Source of the DNA: Candidatus Amesbacteria bacterium
GTDB lineage: Bacteria > Patescibacteriota > Microgenomatia > CAZETR01 > Amesbacteraceae
Assembly (NCBI GenBank): GCA_027371535.1
Contig: DAHXMV010000001.1
Location: 32,879 to 96,878, forward strand
Length of the DNA stretch: 64,000 bases
Reading direction: 5' to 3'
A program made the translations under genes and the position numbers. Positions 1 through 9,969 of the stretch are shown here, in pieces (within the stretch, counting starts at the first letter, position 1; each line of letters opens with the position of its first letter). The notes beneath the pieces are model-generated. The model was not told the DNA's origin, ran no database searches, and saw nothing but the letters and a program-made list of their open reading frames with translations.

Positions 1-1
1 A

Positions 2-271
2 AGCAAGCTTTTTGATATCGGCAGAATGGTGGTGGACGGCAGAAATCCGGAGGATAAGAATAAATTCCTGCTGGAGTCGGACTGTGATTTTGTGATCTAT
101 GTGATAAAAGGCGAAGGAAAAGTTTATGCAGGTGACGAGACATTTGGGGTGAAGGTAAATGATGTGGTATATATACCCAAGGGGAACAAATTTGCCACGG
201 GAGGGAAGATGGAATACATCACGGTCGATGTGCCGGCTTACTACCCGGAGCAGTCCCGGGAGATTGAATGA
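2..271 (+). CDS. cupin domain protein, 5' partial (ORF open to window start)
   Basis: Frame is open from nt 2. C-terminal sequence has a cupin-like beta-barrel signature (GEGKVYAGDETFGVKVNDVVYIPKG). Stop at 269-271. Confidence 0.55.
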   Translation, partial: SKLFDIGRMVVDGRNPEDKNKFLLESDCDFVIYVIKGEGKVYAGDETFGVKVNDVVYIPKGNKFATGGKMEYITVDVPAYYPEQSREIE

Positions 272-424
272 GGATAACCGGCAGATGACTGAAGGGAGCC
301 GTGGGTTGTATCAGGATAACTGTGTGAATAAGCTTAAGGAGAGATTAATATCCGATGTGATGTAAATGAGATTTGCCTTTTCCGGAAAAGTCAGCCAGAT
401 TTACAAAAAACCATCCAGACAACT

Positions 425-664
425 TTGGACAAAGGACTGGGCGATTATGAAAAAATAAGGGCCGAATTTGAGATTTTTGCCCTGAGCAACCCGAATCCCT
501 CCGATGACAGAACTAAGTATGAAAAAACAGAGGTCCAGCTGTATATGGGCGACCAGTGGTATTGTACGGAAAAAGAAGCCATAAAAGCCGGATATGTAAA
601 GGCTACGGATTGCTTTGAGAAGAATTATCAGATCCAAACAGCGGCAGGGATGATCGGAGGATGA
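425..664 (+). CDS. hypothetical small protein (79 aa)
   Basis: ORF with plausible composition. 3' end overlaps the convergent MFS gene by about 60 nt. No recognisable domain. Confidence 0.3.
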   Translation: MDKGLGDYEKIRAEFEIFALSNPNPSDDRTKYEKTEVQLYMGDQWYCTEKEAIKAGYVKATDCFEKNYQIQTAAGMIGG

Positions 665-1841
665 GAAAAGAAACGAGAACAAGGACGGCTTCGGTCAGAT
701 AGGGCAGGCCATGCCAGAGATTATAGGCAAAAGCCGCCAATAGCGGCCCCAAGATCCGGGCGATGGACTGCAGGCCCTGGAAAGCCCCCTGTATCCTGCC
801 CTGACTTTGGTGATCGACGGAAACGGAAATCATGCCGGCAGCGGCAGGCTCATAAAAACCGTCACCGACATTTAAGACAATCAGACCCAGATAAAAGACC
901 AAATTGGAACGGACGAAAAAACCGGCGAAAGCCAAAGAAAATCCGATAACGGCAAGCAGAATACCCCAGTAGGTCAATTTAACGCCGCCGATTTTGGGTA
1001 ACAGAATCCTGACCAGATAGCCCTGGGTTATAATATCCAACAGCCCCACGCCAAAAAGAGCCAGACCGATCTCTTTCAGACTCCAGCCGAAAATATCCTT
1101 TAAGAAAACCGCATTATTGGCATACATGGTATTTAAGGCCAGAAAAAAGATAAACCCGATCAGAAACAGACGGACCAATTTGGGAAAACCGAAAAGGTGG
1201 CCAAATTGGGTAAAAGGGTTTAAGTGGGGCAAATGGACTTTGGCGATCCGGTGACGGGGGTGAAGGCTCTCAGGCAGGATAAAATAACCCCAGAAGACAT
1301 TTAACAGGGTAACACCGGCGGCGACAAATAACGGCAAAGTAAGAGAGAGATGGCCCAGCACACCGCCCAAAGCCGGCCCCAGCATAAAACCAAAACCGCC
1401 GGCGGCTCCCAACAGCCCGAAATAATGGCCGCGGGTCCGGGGAGCGGTAATATCGGCCATGTAGGCATAAACGCTGCTGATGTTGCCCCCTGTCAGTCCG
1501 TCAATAATGCGGCCGACAAAATATAACCCCAGGGTATGCCCCAAACCCAGAAATAAATAACCGACCACTGAACCCAGCAGGCTGATTAATAAAATCGGAC
1601 GGCGGCCGAAACGGTCGCTTAAAGTTCCCAGGCCGGGGGCCGAGATAAACTGACAGAGAGCATATACTGACAGCAGCAAACCCATATACAGGGCCGTAGA
1701 ATCGGTTCCGGTGGTGTATTTGGAAATTAAAAACGGCAGGATGGGAATAATGACTGAAAAACCGAGGAAATTTAAAAACATGGTCACCATGATAAAGACC
1801 AGCTGGGAACGGGTCGGGTGGGGTGATAGATCCGGATCCAT
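603..1841 (-). CDS. MFS transporter, DHA1/TetA-like drug:H+ antiporter
   Basis: About 12 predicted TM segments. MFS motif A (GTLSDRFGRRPILL) and GRIIDGLTGGNISSVYAYMADIT are TetA-like. Start placed at MDPDL (ATG 1839-1841) rather than at the upstream ORF-track Met. Confidence 0.85.
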   Translation of the reverse strand: MDPDLSPHPTRSQLVFIMVTMFLNFLGFSVIIPILPFLISKYTTGTDSTALYMGLLLSVYALCQFISAPGLGTLSDRFGRRPILLISLLGSVVGYLFLGLGHTLGLYFVGRIIDGLTGGNISSVYAYMADITAPRTRGHYFGLLGAAGGFGFMLGPALGGVLGHLSLTLPLFVAAGVTLLNVFWGYFILPESLHPRHRIAKVHLPHLNPFTQFGHLFGFPKLVRLFLIGFIFFLALNTMYANNAVFLKDIFGWSLKEIGLALFGVGLLDIITQGYLVRILLPKIGGVKLTYWGILLAVIGFSLAFAGFFVRSNLVFYLGLIVLNVGDGFYEPAAAGMISVSVDHQSQGRIQGAFQGLQSIARILGPLLAAFAYNLWHGLPYLTEAVLVLVSFLILRSSLPLFGSDNSSQSNP

Positions 1842-1862
1842 AGGGTTATAATTATAATTGAT

Positions 1863-2156
1863 ATGACTAAGTTTAAAGCGGCTTATGAGGAAATGATGCA
1901 AAAACACCGGGAGCAATTTGAAAAATTCAAAGAAGTACATGATCTTTACTTCAAAGACCAGAAAACCTGGGAGGCGAAGTTTAATGAACTGGGGAAGCCC
2001 TTGTTGCGAATAATCGAGGAGGCGGAAAACCGGCTGTGCAGCAAAATGGAGGGGTCCGGCAGGGGCAATTATTCAGCCAATCTGGCAGATAAATTCAGGG
2101 AAGAGATCAGAAAGGACCTGCCCCTCATTGACCTGGTAGGGGTTAAAATTTACTGA
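1863..2156 (+). CDS. hypothetical charged helical protein (97 aa)
   Basis: ORF with coding-like composition. Divergent from the MFS gene and separated from it only by a TATAATTATAAT stretch. No recognisable domain. Confidence 0.4.
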   Translation: MTKFKAAYEEMMQKHREQFEKFKEVHDLYFKDQKTWEAKFNELGKPLLRIIEEAENRLCSKMEGSGRGNYSANLADKFREEIRKDLPLIDLVGVKIY

Positions 2157-2168
2157 GCCGGGAGGGAG

Positions 2169-2222
2169 AATATCAAAAGATATTGAAACTTAAGTTTTAA
2201 ACTTTTTCTATCCCTCGCGAGG
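2169..2222. terminator. cluster of palindromes between convergent units; putative bidirectional terminator
   Basis: Three elements are visible: hairpin ATATCaaaaGATAT (2169-2184), the 12-bp perfect palindrome AAACTTAAGTTT (2186-2197), and the palindrome CCTCGCGAGG (2212-2221). They sit between the 3' end of ORF 1863-2156 (+) and the 3' end of tRNA-Thr (-). There is no clean U-tract. Confidence 0.25.
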
Positions 2223-2244
2223 CTCGTGATCGGACTCCCAACTG

Positions 2245-2316
2245 AGCCGGGAGCGGGATTTGAACCCGCGACCCGCGGTTTACGATACCGCCGCTCTACC
2301 ACTGAGCTACCCCGGC
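2245..2316 (-). tRNA. tRNA-Thr (anticodon CGT)
   Basis: Manual fold of the reverse complement gives acceptor GCCGGGG/TCCCGGC, D arm GCTC..GAGC, anticodon stem GCGGT/ACCGC with loop ATCGTAA (anticodon CGT), and T arm GCGGG-TTCAAAT-CCCGC. CCA is not encoded. Confidence 0.9.
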
Positions 2317-2380
2317 TAACATTCCCCGGCAATTACAGGTCAGACTGGTATATTTTAACGTAAAGTTTAAAATAATAGCT

Positions 2381-3100
2381 ATGGCCAGATCGTTTTCGAG
2401 GTTACAGAAACTGGAAGAAAGAAGAAACCTGATAAGAGCCGTGTGGCTTATTTTGGGATCGGTAGCCCTGGTAGCCCTGACAATCACCCTGGGTTTTAAT
2501 ATCCTGACCAAAATCTTTTTATTTTTGGGGAATGTGAATTCAACCAATAAACCGGTGGTGAATACGGATGTGATCCCGCCGGGACCACCGACATTCTTTA
2601 CTTCATTTGAGGCAACCAACAGCGCTGTCATTACATTATCCGGATATGCGGAACCCGGGGCAACAGTATACCTGACCCAAAACACTCAGGCTAAGGGGAA
2701 CGTGGTCAGCACCCAGGACGGGGTTTTCCAATTTCCGGGAATCAAACTGAACCCGGGATTAAATTCCTTTTCCGCGGTGGCGATGGATGCGGCCGGAAAC
2801 CGCAGCCAACCTTCGGTGACAGTCGAAATTACTTTTTCCGACAAGGGACCGGACCTGAAAATCACCGTTCCGACGGATAAACAGATAATTTCCGGCGGAG
2901 ACGGTACAATCCGGATTACCGGGAGTACGGACCCGGATGCCAGGCTGACAGTGAATGACCGGGTGGTGATAGTCAGTCCCAGCGGAAATTTTAATTATTC
3001 GCTGGTACTAAACCAGGGAGATAACAATCTGGTGATAACCGCCACCGATACGACCGGAAACCAAACCCAAAAATCTCTCACCGTAACTTATAATCCCTGA
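2381..3100 (+). CDS. membrane-anchored surface protein with two bacterial Ig-like domains
   Basis: N-terminal TM helix (LIRAVWLILGSVALVALTITLGF). Two repeats end in an ..AxDxAGN(R/Q)S..VTV / ..ATDTTGN.. motif typical of Big-type Ig folds. Confidence 0.65.
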   Translation: MARSFSRLQKLEERRNLIRAVWLILGSVALVALTITLGFNILTKIFLFLGNVNSTNKPVVNTDVIPPGPPTFFTSFEATNSAVITLSGYAEPGATVYLTQNTQAKGNVVSTQDGVFQFPGIKLNPGLNSFSAVAMDAAGNRSQPSVTVEITFSDKGPDLKITVPTDKQIISGGDGTIRITGSTDPDARLTVNDRVVIVSPSGNFNYSLVLNQGDNNLVITATDTTGNQTQKSLTVTYNP

Positions 3101-4247
3101 TTTCAAGAGCCGTGATTAAAGCCAGCCAGACAAGAACCCAGGGGTAGAACAGCGAATTCAGAAATAGGGAATGCACCAGAAGAGCCGCCAAAGACAGGCC
3201 CGGCAGGCTGCCGAATCCGAAAAAAGTCAAAAAAGCTTTCAGATAATTTAGATACAGCAGAAAACCAAACAATCCGGTCGTGGCCAGCACAAACAGCAGG
3301 GAAGAGTCGGCCCCGGCTCCGGCGTGGGAATGCAGCCAGGAATCCTGATTCAAATAACCCAAATCGCGCTGGGCATAGCGATAGGTGTTAAAACCGACAC
3401 CCAAAACCGGATACCGGATAAAGACGGTCAGAGAATTTTTCCAATTGATCAGCCTGGCCATAATGGTACTGGTGCGCTCCAGCTTAACGCCCTCACCTCC
3501 GGGACCCCTGGGCAGCAAAATCAAAGTCAGAGTTAAAATAACAGTACCGATAAAGAATAATTTCCAGGTTTTGCGAAAATAGGCAAATAAAGACAGGGCC
3601 ACAAAAGCAGCCAAAAAACCGGCCCGGGAATAAGTAAGAGCGAATAAGAGATATGCCAGGCCAAAAAGACAACGCTGTTGCCACAGTTTTTTCAGAGGGA
3701 AAAAGACCAAAAAAAGCATGACAAAAAGCAGCATGATGCCCATGAAGCCGGGATCCAGCAGGGAACCGACCACCCGGAAATAATGAGGATCCCAATCGCT
3801 GACAGCCAGTTTTCGGATGTCCGGAAAAAATAAGTACTGGAATAGCCCGGTGATAATGATAACCAGGGATAGAAATCTCAGCCCCCGTAAAATTTCCGTC
3901 CGGCTAAACTGTTTAAAAAATAAAAATAATAAGCCCAGAGAAAGAAATCTGAATAAATAGAGACTGCCGACTGTTACCGCCCGGGCACCCCAACTAAAAA
4001 AAGAAATCAGGAGAGAAAAAAACGCCCATAAAACAAAATTCAGAAAGGGTTTTGTAAACTTATTAACCCTATATATTGATATTAGTTTATTTTTGTGGAC
4101 ATATATTGTATACAAAATGCATAAGAACACCGAAATATCCAAAAGGGAAATTCTGATATCCGGTGAAAAGTATGAAAATTTATAAAGATTGCCCAGGGCG
4201 TATCCCAAAAACAACATTCCCGCAAGCGGATATTTAAGTCCGGTCAT
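3078..4247 (-). CDS. O-antigen ligase/polymerase family (Wzy_C) membrane protein
   Basis: Polytopic membrane protein with a Wzy_C-like periplasmic loop (NTYRYAQRDLGYLNQDSWLHSHAGAGADSS). The 3' end overlaps the convergent Ig-like gene by 23 nt. Confidence 0.7.
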   Translation of the reverse strand: MTGLKYPLAGMLFLGYALGNLYKFSYFSPDIRISLLDISVFLCILYTIYVHKNKLISIYRVNKFTKPFLNFVLWAFFSLLISFFSWGARAVTVGSLYLFRFLSLGLLFLFFKQFSRTEILRGLRFLSLVIIITGLFQYLFFPDIRKLAVSDWDPHYFRVVGSLLDPGFMGIMLLFVMLFLVFFPLKKLWQQRCLFGLAYLLFALTYSRAGFLAAFVALSLFAYFRKTWKLFFIGTVILTLTLILLPRGPGGEGVKLERTSTIMARLINWKNSLTVFIRYPVLGVGFNTYRYAQRDLGYLNQDSWLHSHAGAGADSSLLFVLATTGLFGFLLYLNYLKAFLTFFGFGSLPGLSLAALLVHSLFLNSLFYPWVLVWLALITALEIRDYKLR

Positions 4248-4999
4248 GACGCAGTGGACGGAATACCCCGATTTAGAAGATATAACTTACCCCGGACTAA
4301 AAAAGTATAAAAGGCCATAGTCATGGCGTGAATCAGACCGGGCATGCCGTCGAGAAAACCCAGTTTAACGAGCCACAGAAAAACAAATTTGGCCGGCGGA
4401 TAAACTATTACCTGCCAAATTGAAGCAGTTTTTTTGGCATCATACAATTCCCCGGCTCTGACAGATGAATAAAAATTAATTTTTTGTAAAAACTTTTCCA
4501 GAGTGGGGTGGGGCCGGTGGATCAAGGGGTGACTAAGCCGGCCGGCAGGACCGGAAATCTGCCATGTCTCATGAACCCGGCCCGACCATCTCCCCTGCCC
4601 CGCCTGCCCGAGACGCAAAAGATTTACAGTCCCGGTGTCACCATATTTTAATTGCCTGCCCCACATGAAGTCGATCCGGGGTAAAAAATAGCCGTGAATA
4701 CGGGGATTTTTGATAGCATTTACAATCTCCTGCGCCAGATCTGCCGGAACCGTTTCATCAGCATCAACAAATAGCACCCAGCCGGATTTAACCTGATCAA
4801 GGGCGAAGTTTCGCTCCATAGCAAAATCACCGGAAACGGCAAACTTTAAGACCCGGGCGTGCAGAGCAAGAGCGACTTTGGCAGTAGCGTCAGCAGACTG
4901 ATTATCGATGACCAGGATCCGGTCACAAAACTTTAAAGAGGCAAGACATTCGGGCAGGCTGGCAGCTTCATTTTTGGCGATGATTACGGCCGTAAGCAT
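4244..4999 (-). CDS. glycosyltransferase family 2
   Basis: N-terminal GT-A signature (AVIIAKNEAASL), then VIDNQSAD and a DADE (DxD) motif. Confidence 0.85.
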   Translation of the reverse strand: MLTAVIIAKNEAASLPECLASLKFCDRILVIDNQSADATAKVALALHARVLKFAVSGDFAMERNFALDQVKSGWVLFVDADETVPADLAQEIVNAIKNPRIHGYFLPRIDFMWGRQLKYGDTGTVNLLRLGQAGQGRWSGRVHETWQISGPAGRLSHPLIHRPHPTLEKFLQKINFYSSVRAGELYDAKKTASIWQVIVYPPAKFVFLWLVKLGFLDGMPGLIHAMTMAFYTFLVRGKLYLLNRGIPSTAS

Positions 5000-5008
5000 G
5001 ATTTATGA

Positions 5009-6109
5009 CTATTCTATCACCGATACCCGGGTACCGCTGTCGTTGACCTGAAAAACGGTGTGGGTGCCTGACGGCCCGACTCCGAGACGATTAAGCCACC
5101 AGATCAGATACAGATATGAGGCATTGTAATCCGTAATTCCGGCGATGCCTCCGGCCACCCGGATTTCGGGGTTTGAAATCCGGCTATTCACGAGAATTTG
5201 CCGGGTTTGGGAGATCTGATCCGAAAGCTCATGGCGACCAACCAGTACCGGCGGCAGGAAATTTTGGGAAAAGAGATAAAAACTATTTACCATCAGGAAG
5301 GCCAAACCCAAAACAAACAGGATTTTGCCTGACAAAAAGGATAAGAATTTAGCTGCCAGAATAACCGCAGGAACCAGGATGATCGCCAAATAAGAAATGG
5401 AAATGAAGCCGGCGGGAACGGGTTTGATGTGAATCAGGAACCTGGCCAGCCATAAAAGCACCCCGAAAGTCTGCAGGGGTCCGACAATAATAAAGGGCAA
5501 TACGGAGATGAATAAACCGGCGGAGAATTTCCAGGGAGAAAGCCGGTGCCGGAAAAGATAGAAATAGGCAAAAGGCCAGAGAATGATGCTTAAGAGATGC
5601 AACTGGTAAAGCCAGCCCAAGAACAAACCGCTGACAAATCCCATTTTTTTAACCAAACAGAGGGCAAAAACCAGGAAAAAGAGAATAATCGGTGAATTGT
5701 GATATGCCAGACGGGATAGGACTACCGGCAGGAAAAAACAGGATAATAAAAAAGCAGATATCAAAGCGGTCTTTTTGTCTGAAATAAGAACCGCCAAATA
5801 GTAGATGAGGGGAATGGAGACGATTCCCATAAGGGCGGTCAGAACCGCCCCGCCGACAGGATTAAAGCCGGAGAGGATGAGGGCCGGGATTAAGAGATAG
5901 ACCCAGACAGCGCCCTGATGCAGCCAGGAAATACTGGCGCCGATGGTCACCATGGGAAATGACCCGTGCAGAACACTGTCTCTTGAGAGCAAATAAAACC
6001 AGCTCAGGTCGCTGTAAAACGTCATGCCGGAAAACAGTTTCCAAAACCGCAGCAGGCTGCCGATGAAGATGAAGAGGAGCAGCCGGCCCCAAACGGAATT
6101 AAGCCTCAT
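5009..6109 (-). CDS. polytopic membrane protein, GT-C-like (PMT/ArnT-like) glycosyltransferase candidate
   Basis: Ten or more TM helices. Start chosen at MRLNSVW (6107-6109); the upstream alternative ATGs would overlap the flippase gene. Family assignment is weak. Confidence 0.5.
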   Translation of the reverse strand: MRLNSVWGRLLLFIFIGSLLRFWKLFSGMTFYSDLSWFYLLSRDSVLHGSFPMVTIGASISWLHQGAVWVYLLIPALILSGFNPVGGAVLTALMGIVSIPLIYYLAVLISDKKTALISAFLLSCFFLPVVLSRLAYHNSPIILFFLVFALCLVKKMGFVSGLFLGWLYQLHLLSIILWPFAYFYLFRHRLSPWKFSAGLFISVLPFIIVGPLQTFGVLLWLARFLIHIKPVPAGFISISYLAIILVPAVILAAKFLSFLSGKILFVLGLAFLMVNSFYLFSQNFLPPVLVGRHELSDQISQTRQILVNSRISNPEIRVAGGIAGITDYNASYLYLIWWLNRLGVGPSGTHTVFQVNDSGTRVSVIE

Positions 6110-7340
6110 GGTAAATTTGGGGATGGGAAAAAATCCGGTTGACATAATATAAGGATAGAGGCAGGGAGGCAAAGGAACCGATAATTGCCGCAATCCCGGC
6201 GCCTACAATTCCAAAAGCCATGACCAGCGGATAGATGGAAATTCCCAGGCCGAAAACGCTGACCAAAGTCACCCAGGACACATAATCATTGCGCCTGACG
6301 GCCAGGAGCAGGGGGTAGACGCAGCCGGTGACGGATTTGGCAATACCGCAAAGCGACAACACCTTCAGGGCAGGGATGGCCGGAGCCCATTTGGCACCCA
6401 AAACAATAAATACCACAGGATGGGCGAAAAAGAACAGTATCAAACCAAAAGCCACGGAGACCGCCGAGACGATGAGCGTGGTTTTAAAAAAGGCGCGTTT
6501 TAGCCTGGCCGGATCATGGTTTATCTGCACAAAAACCGGAAAAGAGACCCTGGCCACGACATCACTGACTTCGGAAACCGGGGAGGTGGAAATTTTATAA
6601 GCATAATCATAATAACCCAAACTGGTCTCCCCCAGCATTTTGCCGACAACCATATTGTCCCCGTTTAAGTACAAATACTGGAATATCCCGGCGGCGGTCA
6701 TCCATTTACCCTGCTCTAATATTTCGGCGGCTTTTCGGGCCGTGTAAACAAAACGGGGGCGGGGCGAAAACAGCCAAAAGGAAACGGCCACTTCAAAAAC
6801 CGCGCCGATTAACATGCCAAAACCCAGACTGAGCGGATTATGCAGGACGATGGCCAGAATTATGGCGGTGACTGAATCGGCCAGATAGAGAAAAGTGTTG
6901 ATATGAAATTCCCATTTGAAATGCAATTCTTTCTGCAGCTTGACGATTGAAGGATTGATAAAACCCCGGACAAAGGATACCAGGCAGACCAGATACAACA
7001 CCGGCAGAGAACCAGGGGAATGATAAAAAGAGGAAATCAGGGGGGCGCCGATTAACAAAATCAGACTGATAACCAGGCCCCTCAGTATGGAAATTACCCA
7101 GGCAGTATCAATATAAGAGTCGATATCGCCTTTTTTCTGGATTAAAAAGAAGTTGATGGCGGTTTCGGTAAACACTTCCAATAAACCGAGGGTGAGGGTG
7201 GCGATATTAAAAATTCCAAACTGGGCCGGAAGTAAGATCCGGGCCAAAATGGCCACTCTGACAAAAGTCAGGCCGCGATACAACCACCTCTCGGCGGCAG
7301 CCCAGGAGATGCTATGGACGGCAGTTTTAAAATAACCCAT
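6099..7340 (-). CDS. wzx: polysaccharide flippase, Wzx-like (MOP superfamily)
   Basis: N-terminus WLYRGLTFVRVAILARILLPAQFGIFNIATLTLGLLEVF, with about 12 TM helices. Typical of oligosaccharide flippases. Confidence 0.75.
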   Translation of the reverse strand: MGYFKTAVHSISWAAAERWLYRGLTFVRVAILARILLPAQFGIFNIATLTLGLLEVFTETAINFFLIQKKGDIDSYIDTAWVISILRGLVISLILLIGAPLISSFYHSPGSLPVLYLVCLVSFVRGFINPSIVKLQKELHFKWEFHINTFLYLADSVTAIILAIVLHNPLSLGFGMLIGAVFEVAVSFWLFSPRPRFVYTARKAAEILEQGKWMTAAGIFQYLYLNGDNMVVGKMLGETSLGYYDYAYKISTSPVSEVSDVVARVSFPVFVQINHDPARLKRAFFKTTLIVSAVSVAFGLILFFFAHPVVFIVLGAKWAPAIPALKVLSLCGIAKSVTGCVYPLLLAVRRNDYVSWVTLVSVFGLGISIYPLVMAFGIVGAGIAAIIGSFASLPLSLYYVNRIFSHPQIYHEA

Positions 7341-8277
7341 TGGCTTTGGCCAGATAACCCATCAGAGTACCGAAAATAACACTGATATCGGCAGTAATCT
7401 GAATCAGGGGAAGAAAGATAACGGCCAATATGTTTCTGACATAGCGGTAATTTTTGATGACGGCCCACAGCAGATAGAGCAGGACCAGCAAAGCCAGCGG
7501 GTAATAAAGCACATGAATCCGCTGGGCAAGAAAGAAGAAATATGCAAACGCCAGGTAGCGCAAAATCAGGAATTTGACTTTGGGGCGCAGGATGCCGGCC
7601 TGGATATCCCCGATGGCAAAACGCATAAACATCCAGGCCGACTGCTTTAGATTTTTCCGGGGCATCCAGCCGACTAAAGCCCGAGGGGCAAAGACAAATT
7701 TCACTCCCATGCGCGCCATCCAGACGGCAAAGGCGTAATCCTCGTTGTGATTTAATTTGGGATCGAAGCCGCCGGTCTTGTTCCAGAAGCTTTTGCGCAT
7801 GGCCATGGACCGGGTGGAGGGGAGAAAATACCCGGGATCCACCCTATCGGGCATCACCAGGACATAGGGAATCAGGCATTTTTGGAAAATATTTTCCGGT
7901 AAACCCCGGTAATACCCGCTGACCACCTGCGTCTGGGAGTCGTTAAACGGGGCCACAATTTCAGCCAGCCAGGTTTTTTCGGGAATACAGCCGGCGTCGG
8001 TAAAGACCAGAAGCGGAAAACGGGATTTTGAGACGGCAAAATTCCGGCCGACGGAACGGTTACCGGGAACCTGGAAAGGCCTCAAAACAGGCCAGTCTTT
8101 GGCCAGTTGCCCAAGTTTCTCAAAGGTGCCGTCTTTTGATCCCCCGTCGGTAATAATGACTTCGGTAGGCGGGAGAGTCTGGGCTTTCAGAGCCCTGATC
8201 AGGTCACTAATGGTGTCTGCTTCATTAAAAACAGTGATAAGGAGGGAGGTTTTAAAAAATGTCTTATGATTGGCCAT
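7327..8277 (-). CDS. glycosyltransferase family 2 with C-terminal TM segments
   Basis: SLLITVFNEADTISDLI, then ITDGGSKDGT and a DAG motif. Hydrophobic C-terminal tail. Confidence 0.85.
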   Translation of the reverse strand: MANHKTFFKTSLLITVFNEADTISDLIRALKAQTLPPTEVIITDGGSKDGTFEKLGQLAKDWPVLRPFQVPGNRSVGRNFAVSKSRFPLLVFTDAGCIPEKTWLAEIVAPFNDSQTQVVSGYYRGLPENIFQKCLIPYVLVMPDRVDPGYFLPSTRSMAMRKSFWNKTGGFDPKLNHNEDYAFAVWMARMGVKFVFAPRALVGWMPRKNLKQSAWMFMRFAIGDIQAGILRPKVKFLILRYLAFAYFFFLAQRIHVLYYPLALLVLLYLLWAVIKNYRYVRNILAVIFLPLIQITADISVIFGTLMGYLAKANGLF

Positions 8278-8384
8278 GATTTAACAATTATAACCTGGAT
8301 TTTGAGAGATCTAAATTATTTTACATCTTGGATTTTAATCTGACATAATTTTCTCTTATAATATGGCAGTTAAACTTAATAATT

Positions 8385-8846
8385 ATGATAAAAGCTATCG
8401 ATGATATTGTTTATAGAATAATAAATACATTTCTCGGACGATATATTATCCGTATAAATCTTTTTCGATACAGAATTTATGGTGATGAAAGCCGATTACA
8501 TTTATCTCAAGAAGCAAATGTTTTGAATGCTTTATTTAATGTAGTCTCCGGGAATATTAATATCGAAAAGGGAGTATTTTTTGGACATAATGTTTGTTTA
8601 TTAACTGGAACTCACAATTACCTAAGTTCGGGAGCCTCAAGAAGAAAAGATGTTCCATCTACTGGACGGGATATCACCGTCAAACAAGGTGCCTGGTTAG
8701 CATCAAATGTGACTGTGTTAGGACCTTGTATAATTGGTGAAAATGCCGTGGTAGCAGCCAATTCTCTGGTTATCCATAATGTACAAGCAAATACATTAGT
8801 AGCTGGAACACCTGCAAGAATAATTAAATATTTAAAAAATAGATAA
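8385..8846 (+). CDS. hexapeptide-repeat (left-handed beta-helix) O-acetyltransferase
   Basis: Hexapeptide repeats (VTVLGPCIIGENAVVAANSLVIHNV, AGTPARII) resembling maltose/galactoside or WbbJ-type sugar O-acetyltransferases. Confidence 0.8.
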   Translation: MIKAIDDIVYRIINTFLGRYIIRINLFRYRIYGDESRLHLSQEANVLNALFNVVSGNINIEKGVFFGHNVCLLTGTHNYLSSGASRRKDVPSTGRDITVKQGAWLASNVTVLGPCIIGENAVVAANSLVIHNVQANTLVAGTPARIIKYLKNR

Positions 8847-8847
8847 A

Positions 8848-9969
8848 TTAGTTAACCGTATCATCATTCATAGTTTTTTCATATATATGGTCTGTTAGTT
8901 CTATAGTATGATTCCAAGTATATTTTTCGGCTAAAACTCTCCCCTTGCCTACTCGAGAAGCATGCGACTCCGACACTGCAGTTATTATACTTTGAATTAA
9001 ACTTTCTGGTTGTTTAATATTAAAATATAAGGGTACATCATCGGCTACTTCGTGAAATACAGGTAGATTGCTTGCCACAATTGGTATTTTTTGAGACATA
9101 GCTTCGAGCACCGGAATTCCGAAACCTTCAGCTGATGATGGATATATAACAGCTTTTGCACCACATAAAAGATTAAATAATTGCGATTTTGTTAAACAAC
9201 CAGCAAAATTTATTCTATTATCTATGCCTAATGACCGACTTAGATAGGTTAGTTCGTCAATTTGATGACGATTATCTCCAGTAAAGATTATTTTTAAGTT
9301 TTTAAATATTATTGGATATTTTAATGATGCTTCAGCGAAACATCTGATTAGCATTGAATTGTTTTTGCGATCACCTAGTCCTCCATGACATAATAAATAA
9401 TTACTGAATACATTTGGTTTTGGGGTCCTTAGGTAGAGATTATCGATACCCATTGGTATTACAACTATTTTATTTTTAATTTGATGAAACTTTGAAATAA
9501 CTTCTTTTGAAGTATATTTAGAATTACAAATGATAACTTTTGCCTTATTAATTGAAGAATTTATTTCCCATCTATATAACATTTTGGATATAAATGGAAA
9601 TTTTGAATTTTGAAAGTAATTATGAACGGATAATGGTATCAGATCGTGAACTGTTAATATTGTTTTAAAAGGTGTTATAAATGGAATACCGTAATTCGCT
9701 GTAGCGTGATATAAATCAGGCTTGATTTTTTTCAACAATTCTTCAAGTTGAATCTGTTCCCAATAAAGACGATGGATTTTTAGCGGAATGGTAATATTTT
9801 CGACATTTTTTAAATATAATGGAAGAACAGAAATTACAAAAATACTGTATTTATCTTTATCCAAATAATTTATAATGGCATGAAGGTAATTAGCTATACC
9901 ACCATATGTATTCTCTAGATATCTGCCATCTAAAACCAATTTAATACGATTGAATTTTCTTAAAATCAT
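8848..9969 (-). CDS. glycosyltransferase family 4 (GT-B)
   Basis: KLVLDGRYL N-terminus and [11 protein letters not shown] nucleotide-sugar binding motif. Confidence 0.85.
   Translation of the reverse strand: MILRKFNRIKLVLDGRYLENTYGGIANYLHAIINYLDKDKYSIFVISVLPLYLKNVENITIPLKIHRLYWEQIQLEELLKKIKPDLYHATANYGIPFITPFKTILTVHDLIPLSVHNYFQNSKFPFISKMLYRWEINSSINKAKVIICNSKYTSKEVISKFHQIKNKIVVIPMGIDNLYLRTPKPNVFSNYLLCHGGLGDRKNNSMLIRCFAEASLKYPIIFKNLKIIFTGDNRHQIDELTYLSRSLGIDNRINFAGCLTKSQLFNLLCGAKAVIYPSSAEGFGIPVLEAMSQKIPIVASNLPVFHEVADDVPLYFNIKQPESLIQSIITAVSESHASRVGKGRVLAEKYTWNHTIELTDHIYEKTMNDDTVN

Noticed and set aside
159-365. Alternative-frame ORF overlapping the cupin gene 3' end
   Set aside because: It overlaps the better-supported cupin frame, which runs in from the window edge. 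No motif.
2150-2685. Minus-strand ORFs 2150-2332 and 2296-2685
   Set aside because: They run through tRNA-Thr and across the promoter and 5' end of the Ig-like protein gene. No coding signature.
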